64,000 nucleotides of DNA from Geosiphon pyriformis uo1. Taxonomy: Eukaryota; Fungi; Glomeromycota. Where the stretch lies: NCBI GenBank assembly GCA_016748015.1, contig JAAOMT010000076.1, forward strand, positions 124,001 to 188,000, in the 5' to 3' direction. The translations under genes were made by a program, and so were the position numbers. The notes beneath the pieces are model-generated. The model saw only the letters and a program-made list of their open reading frames with translations. It searched no databases and was not told the origin of the DNA. Positions within the stretch are counted from its first letter, which is position 1. Each line of letters starts with the position of its first letter. Positions 11,540 to 24,046 of the stretch are shown here, in pieces.

Positions 11540-14110
11540 TAAACAAAAAATTTGGTTGTCTGTAAAATAAAATTATTGAAATCAAATTATTGTTGCTACA
11601 ATCATGAATAACATATATTTGAATTTAAAAAGCAAACTTTAATTTTGATTTAATTTCTATAAAAATCAATAATTCTTATTATATTATATTTTTGTTTTTA
11701 ATGTTTATCATAATAAAAAAATGAAGTTGAAATATTATTATTAATATGGTTACAATACAAATTTAAAAATAAATGAAAATGCTCTAACAATTATGTTGTA
11801 AACAAATTTAAATATTAGATATTATTAACTCTGTTATACACAAAGTTATTATTAATAAAACTAAAAAAGCTTAAAATACAAATCAGAATTGAAATTCAAA
11901 TCTTTTTTATAACCAAAAATTCCAAGAAAAACCAATTTTCTAAGCTTTTTTTTAATATAAAAGTATATATAGGCTTACTATTATTTATTATTATAAATAA
12001 TCAGATTTAAATTAAAGTCTTACAATCTTTATAACCAATTACTAAACCCCACAACTTTTGAAACTGTTTTTTTAAACATCTTAAATGTTTTGAAAAATTT
12101 AAAAAACCAGTTTTTAAACACAAGTTTTTTATTTATAAAATTTAAAGTACACAAAAATACATTATTGGAATTTTTTTTACATTTGAAACAAGCTTTGTTT
12201 GAAAATTCAAAGTTATAAAAAGTTTTTTATAACTATTATTAACAATTTATCATATAAAACTTTTATTAAATAGACACATAAACCAGTAGTTTTTTAATTG
12301 TTAATTCAAATTTTCACTTAATTTCTTAGATTTAAAACTGTTTAATTATTAAATATTAAAACATACATTAAAAAAAGATAAAAAAATGCTATATATTTTA
12401 ACTCATATATACATATTTATATTTTTTTAAAAAATGACTGCATTTTAATTACTATTAAAAAACCCAAAATTTTTTAAAATAAATATGCTTACTGCTTTTA
12501 AATTATTTAAAATATTTTTAAAATCTCTAAGCTTGTAAATATTATGATTAAATTTTTTTTTAAAAACGATAAATTAAAAATTGGCTTTAAATAACAACTC
12601 TTAACAAAAAACTCTATAAATTATAGTCTTTAAAACTAAACTTTTTTTAATAATAAAATGTTTTTAGTCAAAAAATTTTCTTATTAATTAATTTACAAAA
12701 ATAATATCAAATTTTTTAAGTAACTTGACAAGCCGAATTGCTTAAGACATTTAAAACCAGTACATTTTTGCAAAAATAAAAAGCATTTAATCTAGTATCA
12801 ATTAGTAAAATTTTATAAAATTCTGGTCATTTCAGCTAAAAAGTTTTGATGATCTAATTTTCAATTTTATAGTTTTTATTTTAAAAATTACACATTATTT
12901 TTTGGTAAAATTAAATCCATTTTTTAAAGCATTATTTAATTTACTTTAAAAACCTTTGGTTTTGCAATGTTTTAATTATTTAATTAAACATAAAATTAAA
13001 TTTTATTTAAACTATTTTTATTAAATTAAATTATTTTTATAATAAACTTTATCTTTGTTTTTTGATAATTTTAAAAACTATTAAATTAAAAAATATTATT
13101 ATTTAAAATAAACTTTAAATTATTAATTATATAATTATTATTATATTACCAAATTTTTTATTAAACTTAAAATATTTTATTAAAAATATTGATTTAAATT
13201 TGGTTTTACAATCAAAATTATCAAAAAACTAAAAATTTTAATCATAAATTAAAAAAATAATTAAAAAAAAACAAAATAATAAAGTAATAATAAACACTTG
13301 TTTTAATATAAGATATTAATTTAGTAAACTAATTAATAAATACTTTAAATACAATTGAGAACTTAATATAAATTTTAAACAAACCAAAAAAACAGTTTTA
13401 TAATTAGAAACCAATTAGTTTAAAGTTTTGATATTTATAAAAATACTAATATTTAGATGTTTTTTTTTAAAATATTAATTTAATAATAACAATATTTATA
13501 ATATTTTTAAATATAGATAATAATAGCATATTTTTAATAATAATTAGATTTAAAGAATTAAAAAATAAACCAAGTTTAACTATTTATTTAAGTAATTATA
13601 TTATTAATTTTAAAAACTATACAACTATAAAAAATATTAACCAACTTGGTTTTAAACTATTATAAAATTTTTTGGTTTAAAAAAAAAAGAATTTTTAATT
13701 TATTAAAATTAATTAATAAACAAAAGCAATTTTAAAAGATTTAAAATTATTCTTAATATTATTAACAAATTTTATAATTTTAAGAGTAAAAAAAAAATTA
13801 CCAAACTTAATATTAAAAGCAATTTTTAAAAAACTTAAAATAAAACTCTACAAAAAAGGTCAATATTGTTTTTAATATTAATAAAATCATATAATAACTA
13901 AAATACAAGTTTTAATTTTTATTTTATTAGTTCAAATTTTGTAATTAAGCAATAGTATAATATAATTGGTTGAAGTTATATATTAAAACATAATTTATTT
14001 TGCTTTTAAAATTAGTAATAATTAATTAACACTAATTGTGTTCAATAATACAACCAAAAATTGATTTAAATCGAATTTGATAAACATATTATTGTTATTA
14101 TTTTCAATAT
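11540..14110. other. Extremely AT-rich, ORF-free block, probably a heavily mutated transposon remnant
   Basis: Sharp compositional boundaries, almost no CpG, no ORF of 60 aa or more in the track. No family motif recognisable by eye. Confidence 0.45.
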
Positions 14111-14499
14111 GTTTATTATCGTAAATGTTTTCGGCGGTTAGGGAATGTTTTCTTACACCTTCACTTTCAAATATTAATAAAATTCATTGTTACTTTTAAA
14201 CCAAAATTTTAAATTTTATTGTTTATTTTCACTGAAAATAGATTGAAATTTTACAAAAAGCTTAAATACCTATCATAATAATCTCAAGGAACATTTTTTT
14301 CATAAAGAAATTATACAATGGGAGTGGTGTACATAAAATGCTACTATTTTTATCCAATACAATTTTTGGTTAATGTAGTTGTGAGATAGCGGTATCTGAA
14401 CCAAAATATTTTATGTTGGTGCTTTAGTGTTTTTTTTACAGAGTAAAGGAAAATTTTGTACAATAGGCAATACAAATAACTTATTCGCTATAAGCTTTG

Positions 14500-15612
14500 T
14501 TAATGATAAGATGTTGAAAATTCGGATTGTTGCATATCGAATGGAATGAAATACTCGGTAAAGAAAGAAGTGGTTGAGTTAACAATGTTATTTGAATCAT
14601 CAGTAGATAATTGTAAAAGATCGATGGAGGGTTGGTCAATAAAAGTATGATCCATAGCTGGATCGAAAGGAATAAGGTCAAAATCCAAATAATCATTTGT
14701 CCATGGCGTAGCCAATTCTAAATTATTCAAGAAAAATTCATCTAATGGAACCTGAGAACTAGTTGTATAATCAAATGTACTGTAAGCTTGCGTGCTGGGG
14801 GTTTCGTTTGAAGAATTAAACGTTGATGATATTACTGAAATTGAAGGAGAGTCTAATTGATAGTCATTATCAAGAAGTTGTGGGAATATGGGTGAAGAAA
14901 AGGCATGTGAAGGAGTATTTGGAATTGAGGTTGTTTCAGGAAATGGGAGGCTATTATGAAATTTTATTGGTGAGGGTTTATCGACAACTAATAGACATTT
15001 ATTATCGGGAACTCTCTTAAATCTTTTGCCTTTTGAAACTCTAAGCTTTTTTTCATTCAATAGCGGTAGTTGGGAAAGATGATGAATTGTAAATTTTGTT
15101 GATTCTTTAGAAGGTTCAGCCGTGATGGAATCTTTAAATACCATAGAGTTACGTTTATACATATACAATTGTTCAACCTCTCTCGCAATTTTACGATACT
15201 GGGTTTTAATTCTTCGTGGAGCAATTTTCCATGAATCCGCAGCTATACGAGAAACTTCGGTCATCCTAACCTTATGTTTCCTAATATGAGCTTGCAACTC
15301 TTTTTGTACCACTTTTCTATAAATAAAAAATTCATTAGGCATCCTTGGATTTTTGGTCAATTTTGTTTTAAGTAATAAATTATTAACTAATTCTTCAGCA
15401 GTTGTTTTTGGTGGAGATGGAAGTGCAAATGGCAAAGTTTTAGCCCAGACTATTTCAAGATCACTTTCGGTGCCTGAATCTTCGAATAGTGGTATTAATT
15501 CATTATTGTAATCTGTGCTGATGACAGCATCCACATTAAGATCATTAAGTGATTGAGATGTTGACTTATTGTTGTCACTGGTCAAGGCCGGTAAGATTAA
15601 TTGAAACGACAT
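14500..15612 (-). CDS. MATA-HMG-type HMG-box transcription factor
   Basis: KNPRMPNEFFIYRKVVQKEL...MTEVSRIAADSWKIAPRRIKTQYRKIAREV is an HMG box; Ser/Pro/acidic C-terminal region; intronless 370 aa. Confidence 0.9.
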   Translation of the reverse strand: MSFQLILPALTSDNNKSTSQSLNDLNVDAVISTDYNNELIPLFEDSGTESDLEIVWAKTLPFALPSPPKTTAEELVNNLLLKTKLTKNPRMPNEFFIYRKVVQKELQAHIRKHKVRMTEVSRIAADSWKIAPRRIKTQYRKIAREVEQLYMYKRNSMVFKDSITAEPSKESTKFTIHHLSQLPLLNEKKLRVSKGKRFKRVPDNKCLLVVDKPSPIKFHNSLPFPETTSIPNTPSHAFSSPIFPQLLDNDYQLDSPSISVISSTFNSSNETPSTQAYSTFDYTTSSQVPLDEFFLNNLELATPWTNDYLDFDLIPFDPAMDHTFIDQPSIDLLQLSTDDSNNIVNSTTSFFTEYFIPFDMQQSEFSTSYH

Positions 15613-17305
15613 ATCGACTTCGATCTATATAGGCTTTGGTTTATTCTATTTTTGAAAATGAGACCAAAGACTGCTTTTTTTCAAATTCAGAGTTTTTACT
15701 TGTCTCAAGATTTTAGTAGACTAAATCTAAGTTTCTTGACGAGCTCTCGTGTGTGTGGTATTTATCAAAAAATTGTTTCTACGACAGTTAGACAATTTGG
15801 CGCAGTAATTGTGTCGCACCACCACCAGCCAAGGAAACTTCTTTTTTTCCAATTGCCACAAAATGGCACACACTTAAATTGGGACATCTAGTGATACGTA
15901 AAAATTTTCTGATTGGGTCTCATACGCTCAAGAAGCTTCTTTTGCTATGCCTGTAGCCACAACATATTTTAAATGTGCCACTTTTGGAGCATCGCTCCTT
16001 CTGTAACGAACATAGAGAAGTCCTATTAAGATTTTTCCTATGGGTGCCATCCATAAATCACTTACCAGATAAATTGCTTGTACTCCCCATTCATTATTCA
16101 TTTACTGCGGGCATAAAAATAAATTTAGTCATCTCTATCAATTTTTGAATTCCGTTATCATATAATCCTGCCAAACACTCGAATCTTGCACTTCACGGAA
16201 CCCATCTCCCTTATTTTCCTAATCTGGTAATGACAATGATGATGCCTAGGATACTAATACTTTAAAATATTTCGATTATTAGTATCTGTTTATCAGTTTC
16301 AAATTCAACTGAGTTGTTAAAATTCTTGTAGCTAGCAATATGTGCAAATTGACTGGGATGAATTTTCCGTTACTTGGCTTTTGTCTTCATCACAACAATT
16401 GTTAACATTTTCAAATTTCCAACAATTAAACCCAATCCGAATGATCCAATTTTCATGACAATGGTATTTTTTAGCTTGAAACTAAATAATCGTTCATATT
16501 AATCGTGAATGGGTATTTATCTTGGAACTTACACAAATCTTTTTGGATACCTTATTTTCTTGGGCCAAGAATCCAAGATTTTAACTTTGTGTTTGTTTTC
16601 AAGGATATCCCAAAGGACAATGCATGATGATTATGCTTGGAAATATAACCGCGTGAAATTAAAAGTCAAATAAAACGCCAAGAAGCAAGACTCAAGTTAC
16701 CAGATACAAGAAGCCAATCTGATTTGCGAAACTGAAACGTGAACAATTAAATAATTTGATATATTTTTTATCACACGTAATTTTGTCATATATTAAATAA
16801 TTTAGGGGAAAACAAAAGCAATAAAAATAGTAATTTTATAAAAGAAAGCCAAGCATTCTTTAATCAGAATTTTCATTTTGCTTCTATTGGAAATTTATCT
16901 CTAATAACCGTTAAGACCATTAAGTTTTCTTATGTGAATTTCAAAGTTAGACTATTTTGAAATAATATTCTTGCCTATCTACAACCCCGAATATCAACAT
17001 AGTCTACCACTTCCTTTTATTTTTTTGACAGGTAAACGAGAGGTTATAGGAATGGTCGAAGAAAGATTAAGGCAGAGGAAATTTTGATGTTTTCATTTAA
17101 TAAAAATTTTTATGCCACTATATAAATTAGCGTATGCATTACTAGTTCCTAATAAATGATAAAAGATATATGACTACATTCCTTCCAGGGACCAATTAAT
17201 ATCTCTGCACAAGAATTAATTCAAATTCAATATAATAACGTAAGCTTATTGATGGGATAGAAAAATTTGGGACGTTCTAACCACTCAGTTCAATTCATTC
17301 GTTCA

Positions 17306-18248
17306 CTATGTCTCCTCTTGTTCACCACTCTCACTTTCTTGAGATGGTTCTTCGTCGTCTTCTTGCTCTTCCGGTTCTTCTAGTTCTGGCTCTTCAACTG
17401 GACTCATTTTCTCTGTTTCTTGCTTGACCGTGGCATTTGAGGAATTGACAACTTTCTTTTTACCACCAGTAGGAGCTAAAAGTGATAATAAAATTCGCTA
17501 AATAAATCATCATCCTAATATAAATTAAAGAAAGTATTTTAAAAGAAAAGGTTTCACTAACCACCATTCGCTTTTTTAGCTTCTCTCGACTTTTGGGGCA
17601 AGAGTGCCTGATGAATGTTTGGCATCACACCACCTTCGGCAATAGTAACATGATTAAGCAACTTGCTCAACTCTTCATCATTACGAATGGCTAACTGAAT
17701 GTGACGGGGAATGATTCGAACTTTTTTGTTGTCATGAGCCGCGTTCCCAGCTAATTCCAAGATTTCGGCAGTCAAATATTCGAGAACGGCGGCCAAATAG
17801 ACTGGTGCGCCACTGCCAATGCGGGCAGCTAAATTGCTTTTACGCAAGAATCGATGAATACGACTAACTGGAAATTGGAGTTCCGCCTGAAAAATGGAGT
17901 GACCGTTTTGTAGTGAAATTAATTGAGCGTCAAGCGTTCAGTGTGAAGATACATGAGAAAATATTTTTAAAAACATGACTATAATTTCTTTAAGAAAAAC
18001 AAAACTCGAAGTAATTTCAACGTGAGGGAAACCTCTTACTGAGCCACAAGATGCAACTTTATATCAAAATTTAATCGCTTTATACGATATATATAATTCT
18101 GAATCTCTAAGGCAATCTATTGAGAAAAATCCAAGTTCCTATCCAAACTTACCCTTTCAGAACGAGAAATTTTTTTTTTGGTTTCTTCATTTTTCTCGCT
18201 TGGCAAAGTTTTCGCACCCTTACCCTTTCCTACGCCTTTACCAGACAT
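17306..18248 (-). CDS. H2A: Histone H2A variant 1 with long acidic C-terminal tail (3 exons, about 196 aa)
   Basis: Exons 18248-18153 ([32 protein letters not shown]), 17886-17562 ([16 protein letters not shown]...[47 protein letters not shown]...[14 protein letters not shown]) and 17475-17306 ([56 protein letters not shown]). Donors GTAAGT/GTTAGT, acceptors CAG/TAG, phases consistent. Confidence 0.9.
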
Positions 18249-18922
18249 AATTTCGTTTTTATTTCGTGAAAAAGAATTTTATGTCACTAAGTGGTAGTTT
18301 GGAACTTGGAGAAATAAAAGAGATATGTTAAACAAAAGTAAAATAAGAGTGGATAGAAAACAGTGATAATTTTTTTTTGGAAGTTTATGTTATGTGATCG
18401 TGAACGCGTCATAATTGATCAATGTTGCTTAGCAAAGCACAAATATAATTTATGATTCTCTTACTGATTATTCTCAAGTCTATTATGTCTTTGCCTTAGT
18501 AAGTTCTTTTCCTTTTTACTCAAGTTGGAAATTGAAAAACTTTGGTAAAGATAACTAAACGTTAAGAAAAGAAATCTTTGAGCCTTTGTTTCAGAACCTT
18601 TCTTCGTTAAAATGGTGAAGAACATAAAATCATGACCAAAAAAATTTACATTAAGCTTTTTATAATATTCAGAGATTTCATAACTGGGCATGAATTTGAG
18701 GTCTCGTTCTTGAATGGACATTCAACTTGAATTAAGTTTAATTATCAAGCAAAACTTATACGTTCAATCTTCATATAGTTTATACAGTATTCCGAGTTTT
18801 TTTACGTTGTAGAAATATAGTTCAACTTCGCATTTAAATACATCTAGAAAATATAAAGTATATCATAATTTTACTCGAGCTAAAGAAAATAAACGGCTGA
18901 TCTAGATGGAGAAGTTATTCTT

Positions 18923-19174
18923 TTAGAGTATTTGCAATGGTACCACCTCAGCAAGATCTTTATACTGCTCAATTTCTCTTTCGGAAGCGTCTATTTCCCT
19001 CGTAATATACAACAAATTACCTGCCCAATGACTTGAAATATACTAGGCTTTTTTTACATGGTAGCCAAAGATATATTTATATCTAATGATTATTTTAAAC
19101 ATAATAAATGGATCGGAAGGACAAATATTCTGGGAGTCAATATATGTTTCAAGAAGAAAACTGGGCTCAATGAA
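18923..19174 (-). pseudogene. Degenerate HMG-box remnant between the two H2A genes
   Basis: One frame reads FIEPSFLLETYIDSQNICPSDPFIMFK...A*YISSHWA[30-nt GT..AG segment 19020-18991]DASEREIEQYKDLAEV. It resembles the neighbouring HMG gene (IIEPVDLL...SQNPRLPNEYFIYR...W-x10-YRKIA). One internal stop. Confidence 0.45.
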
Positions 19175-19206
19175 TTATAAATTATGAGGGAATGTAGGAA
19201 GAAGCC

Positions 19207-20106
19207 TTAATTTTTCTTTCGAGCTTCTCTACTCTCTTCGTTTTCCCCAGGCTCACTTTCTTCGGATGGAGTCGCACTATCATCATCAACCTCTTTATAA
19301 GTGGGTTCTTTCCTTTCCATATCCGCAATTTTTCTTTTACCCCCGGTCATGGCAGGTACTAATTCAATCAAGATAAAGGCCACCATATAAATTATAGGTT
19401 TAAATTCATAACCGAATTCAATCTCATAATCAGATATCAAAAGAAAGCCAACTTACTAGGCGCATTACCCCTTTTAATATTAGTCTTAGCCTTTTGGGGT
19501 AACAAGCTCTGATTAATATTCGGCAACACTCCACCTTGGGAAATAGTCACGTGTCCGAGTAATTTGTTCAATTCTTCGTCATTGCGAATGGCCAATTGAA
19601 TGTGACGAGGAATTATACGAGATCTCTTGTTATCTCTTGCAGCATTGCCCGCCAATTCAAGAATTTCAGCGGTAAGGTATTCAAGAACGGCGGCCATGTA
19701 AACAGGAGCACCGCCACCGATTCGTTGAGCAAAATTACCTTTACGCATTATGCGGTGAATACGTCCTACGGGGAATTCCAGGCCGGCCTGTAAGGAAATT
19801 GATACAAAATTAGATTTAGGTTAATTTATGAATGGGAGAAATATCTAGGTTGACCCATTAATAAAAAATATTTTTTAAAGACAATTCCCTTTGGAAAAAA
19901 TTTATATTTTGGAACTTCATACCAATGAATAAAAAACTTTCTATAAATGTAAAGTCTTTTCTTCTAAAAAAAAATACATGCTTATAGGGAAACGCAGCAC
20001 CTACCTTCTTGGAACGGGATATTGGTGCACTTTTTTGGTTATCGCCTTGGCTTGGCAACGCCTTAAAACCTTTACCCTTGCCTTTTCCTAAACCTAAGCC
20101 GGACAT
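19207..20106 (-). CDS. H2A: Histone H2A variant 2 with long acidic C-terminal tail (3 exons, about 194 aa)
   Basis: Exons 20106-20005 ([34 protein letters not shown]), 19787-19457 ([37 protein letters not shown]...[16 protein letters not shown]) and 19358-19207 ([50 protein letters not shown]). Intron positions and phases are equivalent to variant 1. Confidence 0.9.
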
Positions 20107-21064
20107 ACTTGCAGTCTTCAACTCTTTGATTATTAACAATATTCGAATTTTTATTTTTAAGTTTCAGCAATTACCGATAAAAAATATGTCTGTGTCTGGT
20201 AAAAAGGCAGCTAGGTTAAAGGGTATTTATTATGTTGGTCTGATCGAATCAGTTCAATGATGACGAACACAATAAAAAATATCTTTGATCTAATCAACAT
20301 TTTTACATGACAAACCATCATTTGAAGACTTGATCCTTTTTTGAATGTAATTACAATGGTAAAAATTTTAAATTCAATAAAATAATTTGTAAAAGGTTTA
20401 TTTGGAATCTAAATAGGTCTCTTTTTTTTTTTTTTTTGTAAAACAGTAGTTTTAATTTTTTTTAGCAAATTTTTGTTTTTTAAATATAAGAATAAAATCT
20501 GAAATAAATAAAAAAATTTATTTTATTGTGCAATTAAATAAGTCTTTTTATCAATTTTAGTTTTAACCAATTACACCAATTGAAGAATTTTTTTAAAAAA
20601 AATCTTTAAATTCAAAAAAAATCAATTATCAAAAATCTAGTTGTTAATATATATGAATAATTGAAATTTTTAATTTAACTTTTTTCATATGATTATCTCA
20701 TCCATCCAAAATTAAAGAACACATAATTTTAATATATTATATAAATTTCATCTTAATTTTAAATATATCATGGAAATCTTATCTTAAATAAATTTTATGG
20801 CCTATCTAATTGACATATAAAGGTTAGCAATCATTCTCTTTCTTAAACAAAATAATTGATAAATAAAAAAGGACAAAGCTGTAATTAATATGGTTAAAAT
20901 AAAAATCTGATTCAGTTTTACGGTGGATATGCTCAGATTACTTAAAAATCGAAAATGGATGCGTGAGGAATACAAAATAAAAAACTCATCACTGAAACTT
21001 TAATATGGAGTAGGTTTAATACAATTCATAATATCGATAGGGAGTAGATGAAAACATGACGCTA

Positions 21065-22099
21065 TTAATTCAAATTAGCGTAATACTCTAAAGGCGAAAT
21101 GTAGTTTTGCATTGAATTTTCGTAATCGTTCCATTCAACAATAGTTTGATAATCATGCAAACTCGTAGAATGCCCTGTATTCTCATTTAAAAAGGTATCA
21201 GAATATTTGGGCAAAAGATCAATATCCAGAGAATGAATGTCGTCAGTTTGTCTACGTAATTGTTGAGGAAAAAATGAAGCAGTATTTAATAAGGGCGAAG
21301 GCTGATTAAGCCAAAAAAAATTGTCGGATGACAAATGCATGACTGCAGTTGGATCATGCTCCATCGAACACGGGCTTAAAGGAATCTCTTCAAGTTGAGA
21401 CGGTGAGTTCCCTCTTGCTTCAGATTGTTTCGACTTGGACTCTTCAACTGGATTCTGTCGTTCCTGCTGCTGTTCCCGCAATTGATAATTTTTCCAACAA
21501 GCAGTACGTTCAACGTTAAATAACTTTTCAGTTTCATACGCAATTTTTCGGTATTTATTTTTTTCTTTTGATCCGCATCGTTGCCACAAGATTGCAGACA
21601 ATTTAGAAACAAGAGTCATTCTGAATTTATAACCGGTCGCTTTTAATTGTTGAACTAAAGCCATTCGATAAATGAAGTATTCGTTTGGCAATCGTGGATT
21701 TTGCGATTTTTTGTTTAATAAATTTTTTAATAAATCCACAGGTTCAATGATTGGGGGTAAGGGGAAAACAAGATGGATTCCTTGAGATGGAGTTTCAGCA
21801 GGGATTTCACTCGTTGAAATTCTTGCATTTAGATGATCGGAACCAGTGAATACTAAATGCTGATTGGTGGATGTTTCAAAGCTTTCGAATTTACCAAAAA
21901 TAGGATAGTTTCTGATAATCGTTTGAAAAAATTCTTCAATTTCTCCTTTTGAATGACTCGAAATATCGAAATATATTTCATCATATTCATCACAATTATT
22001 TCCTTTATTTAACATATCTAATGTCGTAGATCTGTTAAGGGAAAAATCTTTGGAGGCTTCCAAAGGTCTTTCTTGATTTTCTTTGAAAACATTCACCAT
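21065..22099 (-). CDS. MATA-HMG-type HMG-box transcription factor (paralogue of 14500..15612)
   Basis: QNPRLPNEYFIYRMALVQQL...MTLVSKLSAILWQRCGSKEKNKYRKIAYETEKLF; first ATG at 22099. Shares NPRxPNE[FY]FIYR, RMTxVS and YRKIAxExExL with the other HMG gene. Confidence 0.9.
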   Translation of the reverse strand: MVNVFKENQERPLEASKDFSLNRSTTLDMLNKGNNCDEYDEIYFDISSHSKGEIEEFFQTIIRNYPIFGKFESFETSTNQHLVFTGSDHLNARISTSEIPAETPSQGIHLVFPLPPIIEPVDLLKNLLNKKSQNPRLPNEYFIYRMALVQQLKATGYKFRMTLVSKLSAILWQRCGSKEKNKYRKIAYETEKLFNVERTACWKNYQLREQQQERQNPVEESKSKQSEARGNSPSQLEEIPLSPCSMEHDPTAVMHLSSDNFFWLNQPSPLLNTASFFPQQLRRQTDDIHSLDIDLLPKYSDTFLNENTGHSTSLHDYQTIVEWNDYENSMQNYISPLEYYANLN

Positions 22100-24046
22100 G
22101 AAATATTTGACCACGTAGATTTAATAAAACCTATTTTCGAAAGACCAAAAATATTCCTATTTAAAAGTCTTGGTGTTGAATGTATGTATCAAAAATAAAT
22201 CATATCAGAATGTTATTATATATTAAATCTGAAAACTATTAAAACACATTTCAGGTCTACGATAAATGAGAACTAAACTTTTTTTTTCATAATTCAATTT
22301 GAAACATGTACTACAAGAGTGGAATCCCCAAATAGTTAAATAGTAATTCGAAATTTACAAGCAGAAATTATAAAAAGCAAAGTTCTGACTAACAATTTGG
22401 GACGATAAGTGTCTTCAAAAAGACTTGGTATACAAAATTAGCTAAAACACAATGAATATCAAGAAAATTTTTTGATTTCTAATGTTAACTTAACCTTGAG
22501 GTGTCGCACATAAATTTTTATTGGGACAACTTAATGCTAATAATAATAATAATAATAATTATTATTATTCAATTAAGCTTTTTTCGTTTTCATTAATTTG
22601 AAACGTGTTGAAAAGTAGAATTTTAGAGTCTTTCCAAATTATTTTTAAACATTCTTTCGGCCATCTTTATTTTTATGATCGTCAAGTCACTCTACAAAAC
22701 TGATTGCAAATTATGAAAAACCCCTTTTCTCAGGCCTACAATTAATTTTCACCTACTTTGGAAATTTCCTCATTAAGTCTCAACCTCAATTGCCAAAATT
22801 CCTTTGTTAAAAAGTTGCACATTTAACTTTTAATTTAAGAGCGGAGAAGCTAAACCGTTTGCTTGATTCTTCTAGATTGATAAGAAATTATTTTCATGGT
22901 TATGCGCCATTTTATGATGATCATCATTGTGCGATTTGACATATTTGGTAAACAAAGTTCTGTGGCACGGCGAGGTGGGTGAGACAGGGTTTTACTTTGA
23001 CCTAGTATTTTAATTTATAAATGATTTTTAAGATATCTTGGGGTATATCCAAAAAGTATTAACTCTACGTCTTATTGAGATAGAATTAGAGAGTATATTT
23101 AACTTGCCGAAATCCTGCCACTGCGAGGTTTCGAAAAAGGAAGTATGCCCAACACACATTACATTTTAGAATAAATCCGTAGTCGGTTATTAATATAGGG
23201 AAATTTCTTTTCACAGAAATAGCCTTTTTAAGTTTTTTATAATTGCAAAAAGTCTTAAGCAAAGACCAGGTTGATATTGAAATATGATAGAAAGAAACAC
23301 TTTAAAATTTTAAAGCCTTCCATCTCAATTAGACATTATAATGGATTTTCCAGTTGTGGCAATGAAAATTAATTCTTTATAAGGAATGGCAAATCATTTT
23401 TGATGCATTTCTTTTTATTAATTGATCTATCATGAAGCTTTATTGCTTGAAAATGATTCATTCTAAACGAATCCACCCCATGAAATCGTTGTATACAAAC
23501 GCATTTGACTCGCACTATTCCATCAAATCATAATTGTGTCATTTTGCTATTTTTTTCTATTTTTGAAGTCGTAATGAATTTGAATTATTCGTTCTAGACT
23601 TTGTGGTATCTTCATTTTAAATAGGCACGCCAACAGAAAAACCTGTCTCGTTTTGTCATTCGAGAATTTCCTGAGTATAGAGTTTTGTTCTAAAAACTGA
23701 GAATTTAGTTATTGATAAACGACATTAGATCTATTGGATCATGAAATATCCACAAAAATATATTCGAATATTTTGGATTAAAAATAAAATGATTATATTT
23801 CAAATTCCAATAGCAAAATTAACATGTGAAACTCATTCGAATTCTTTTCTTTTAACCTGACAGGTGAGAAAGAAACATAATGAGGAGGGAAAAAATTGAT
23901 CGGCTTGGTTAAAGGATATGCCACTGGCCAGAATAGAAATTCGTAGGGGGGATGCATTTTTATGAATAAAACTTGGGGCAATAAAAAAAGGTATGTCCAA
24001 ATGGTAATATTTCATCCCTTGTAAATTCTATCATATTTCAACGAAA

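Noticed and set aside
17100-17280. Possible second HMG fossil 3' of H2A variant 1 (ERPKFFY...ILIGPWKECSHISFIIY*ELV, minus strand)
   Set aside because: W-x10-Y spacing fits, but there are three stops and too few matching residues to separate it from chance.
14500-22099. HMG genes as a Mucorales-type sexP/sexM mating locus
   Set aside because: The typical flanking genes (triose-phosphate transporter, RNA helicase) are absent, and MATA-HMG genes are highly multicopy in this group.
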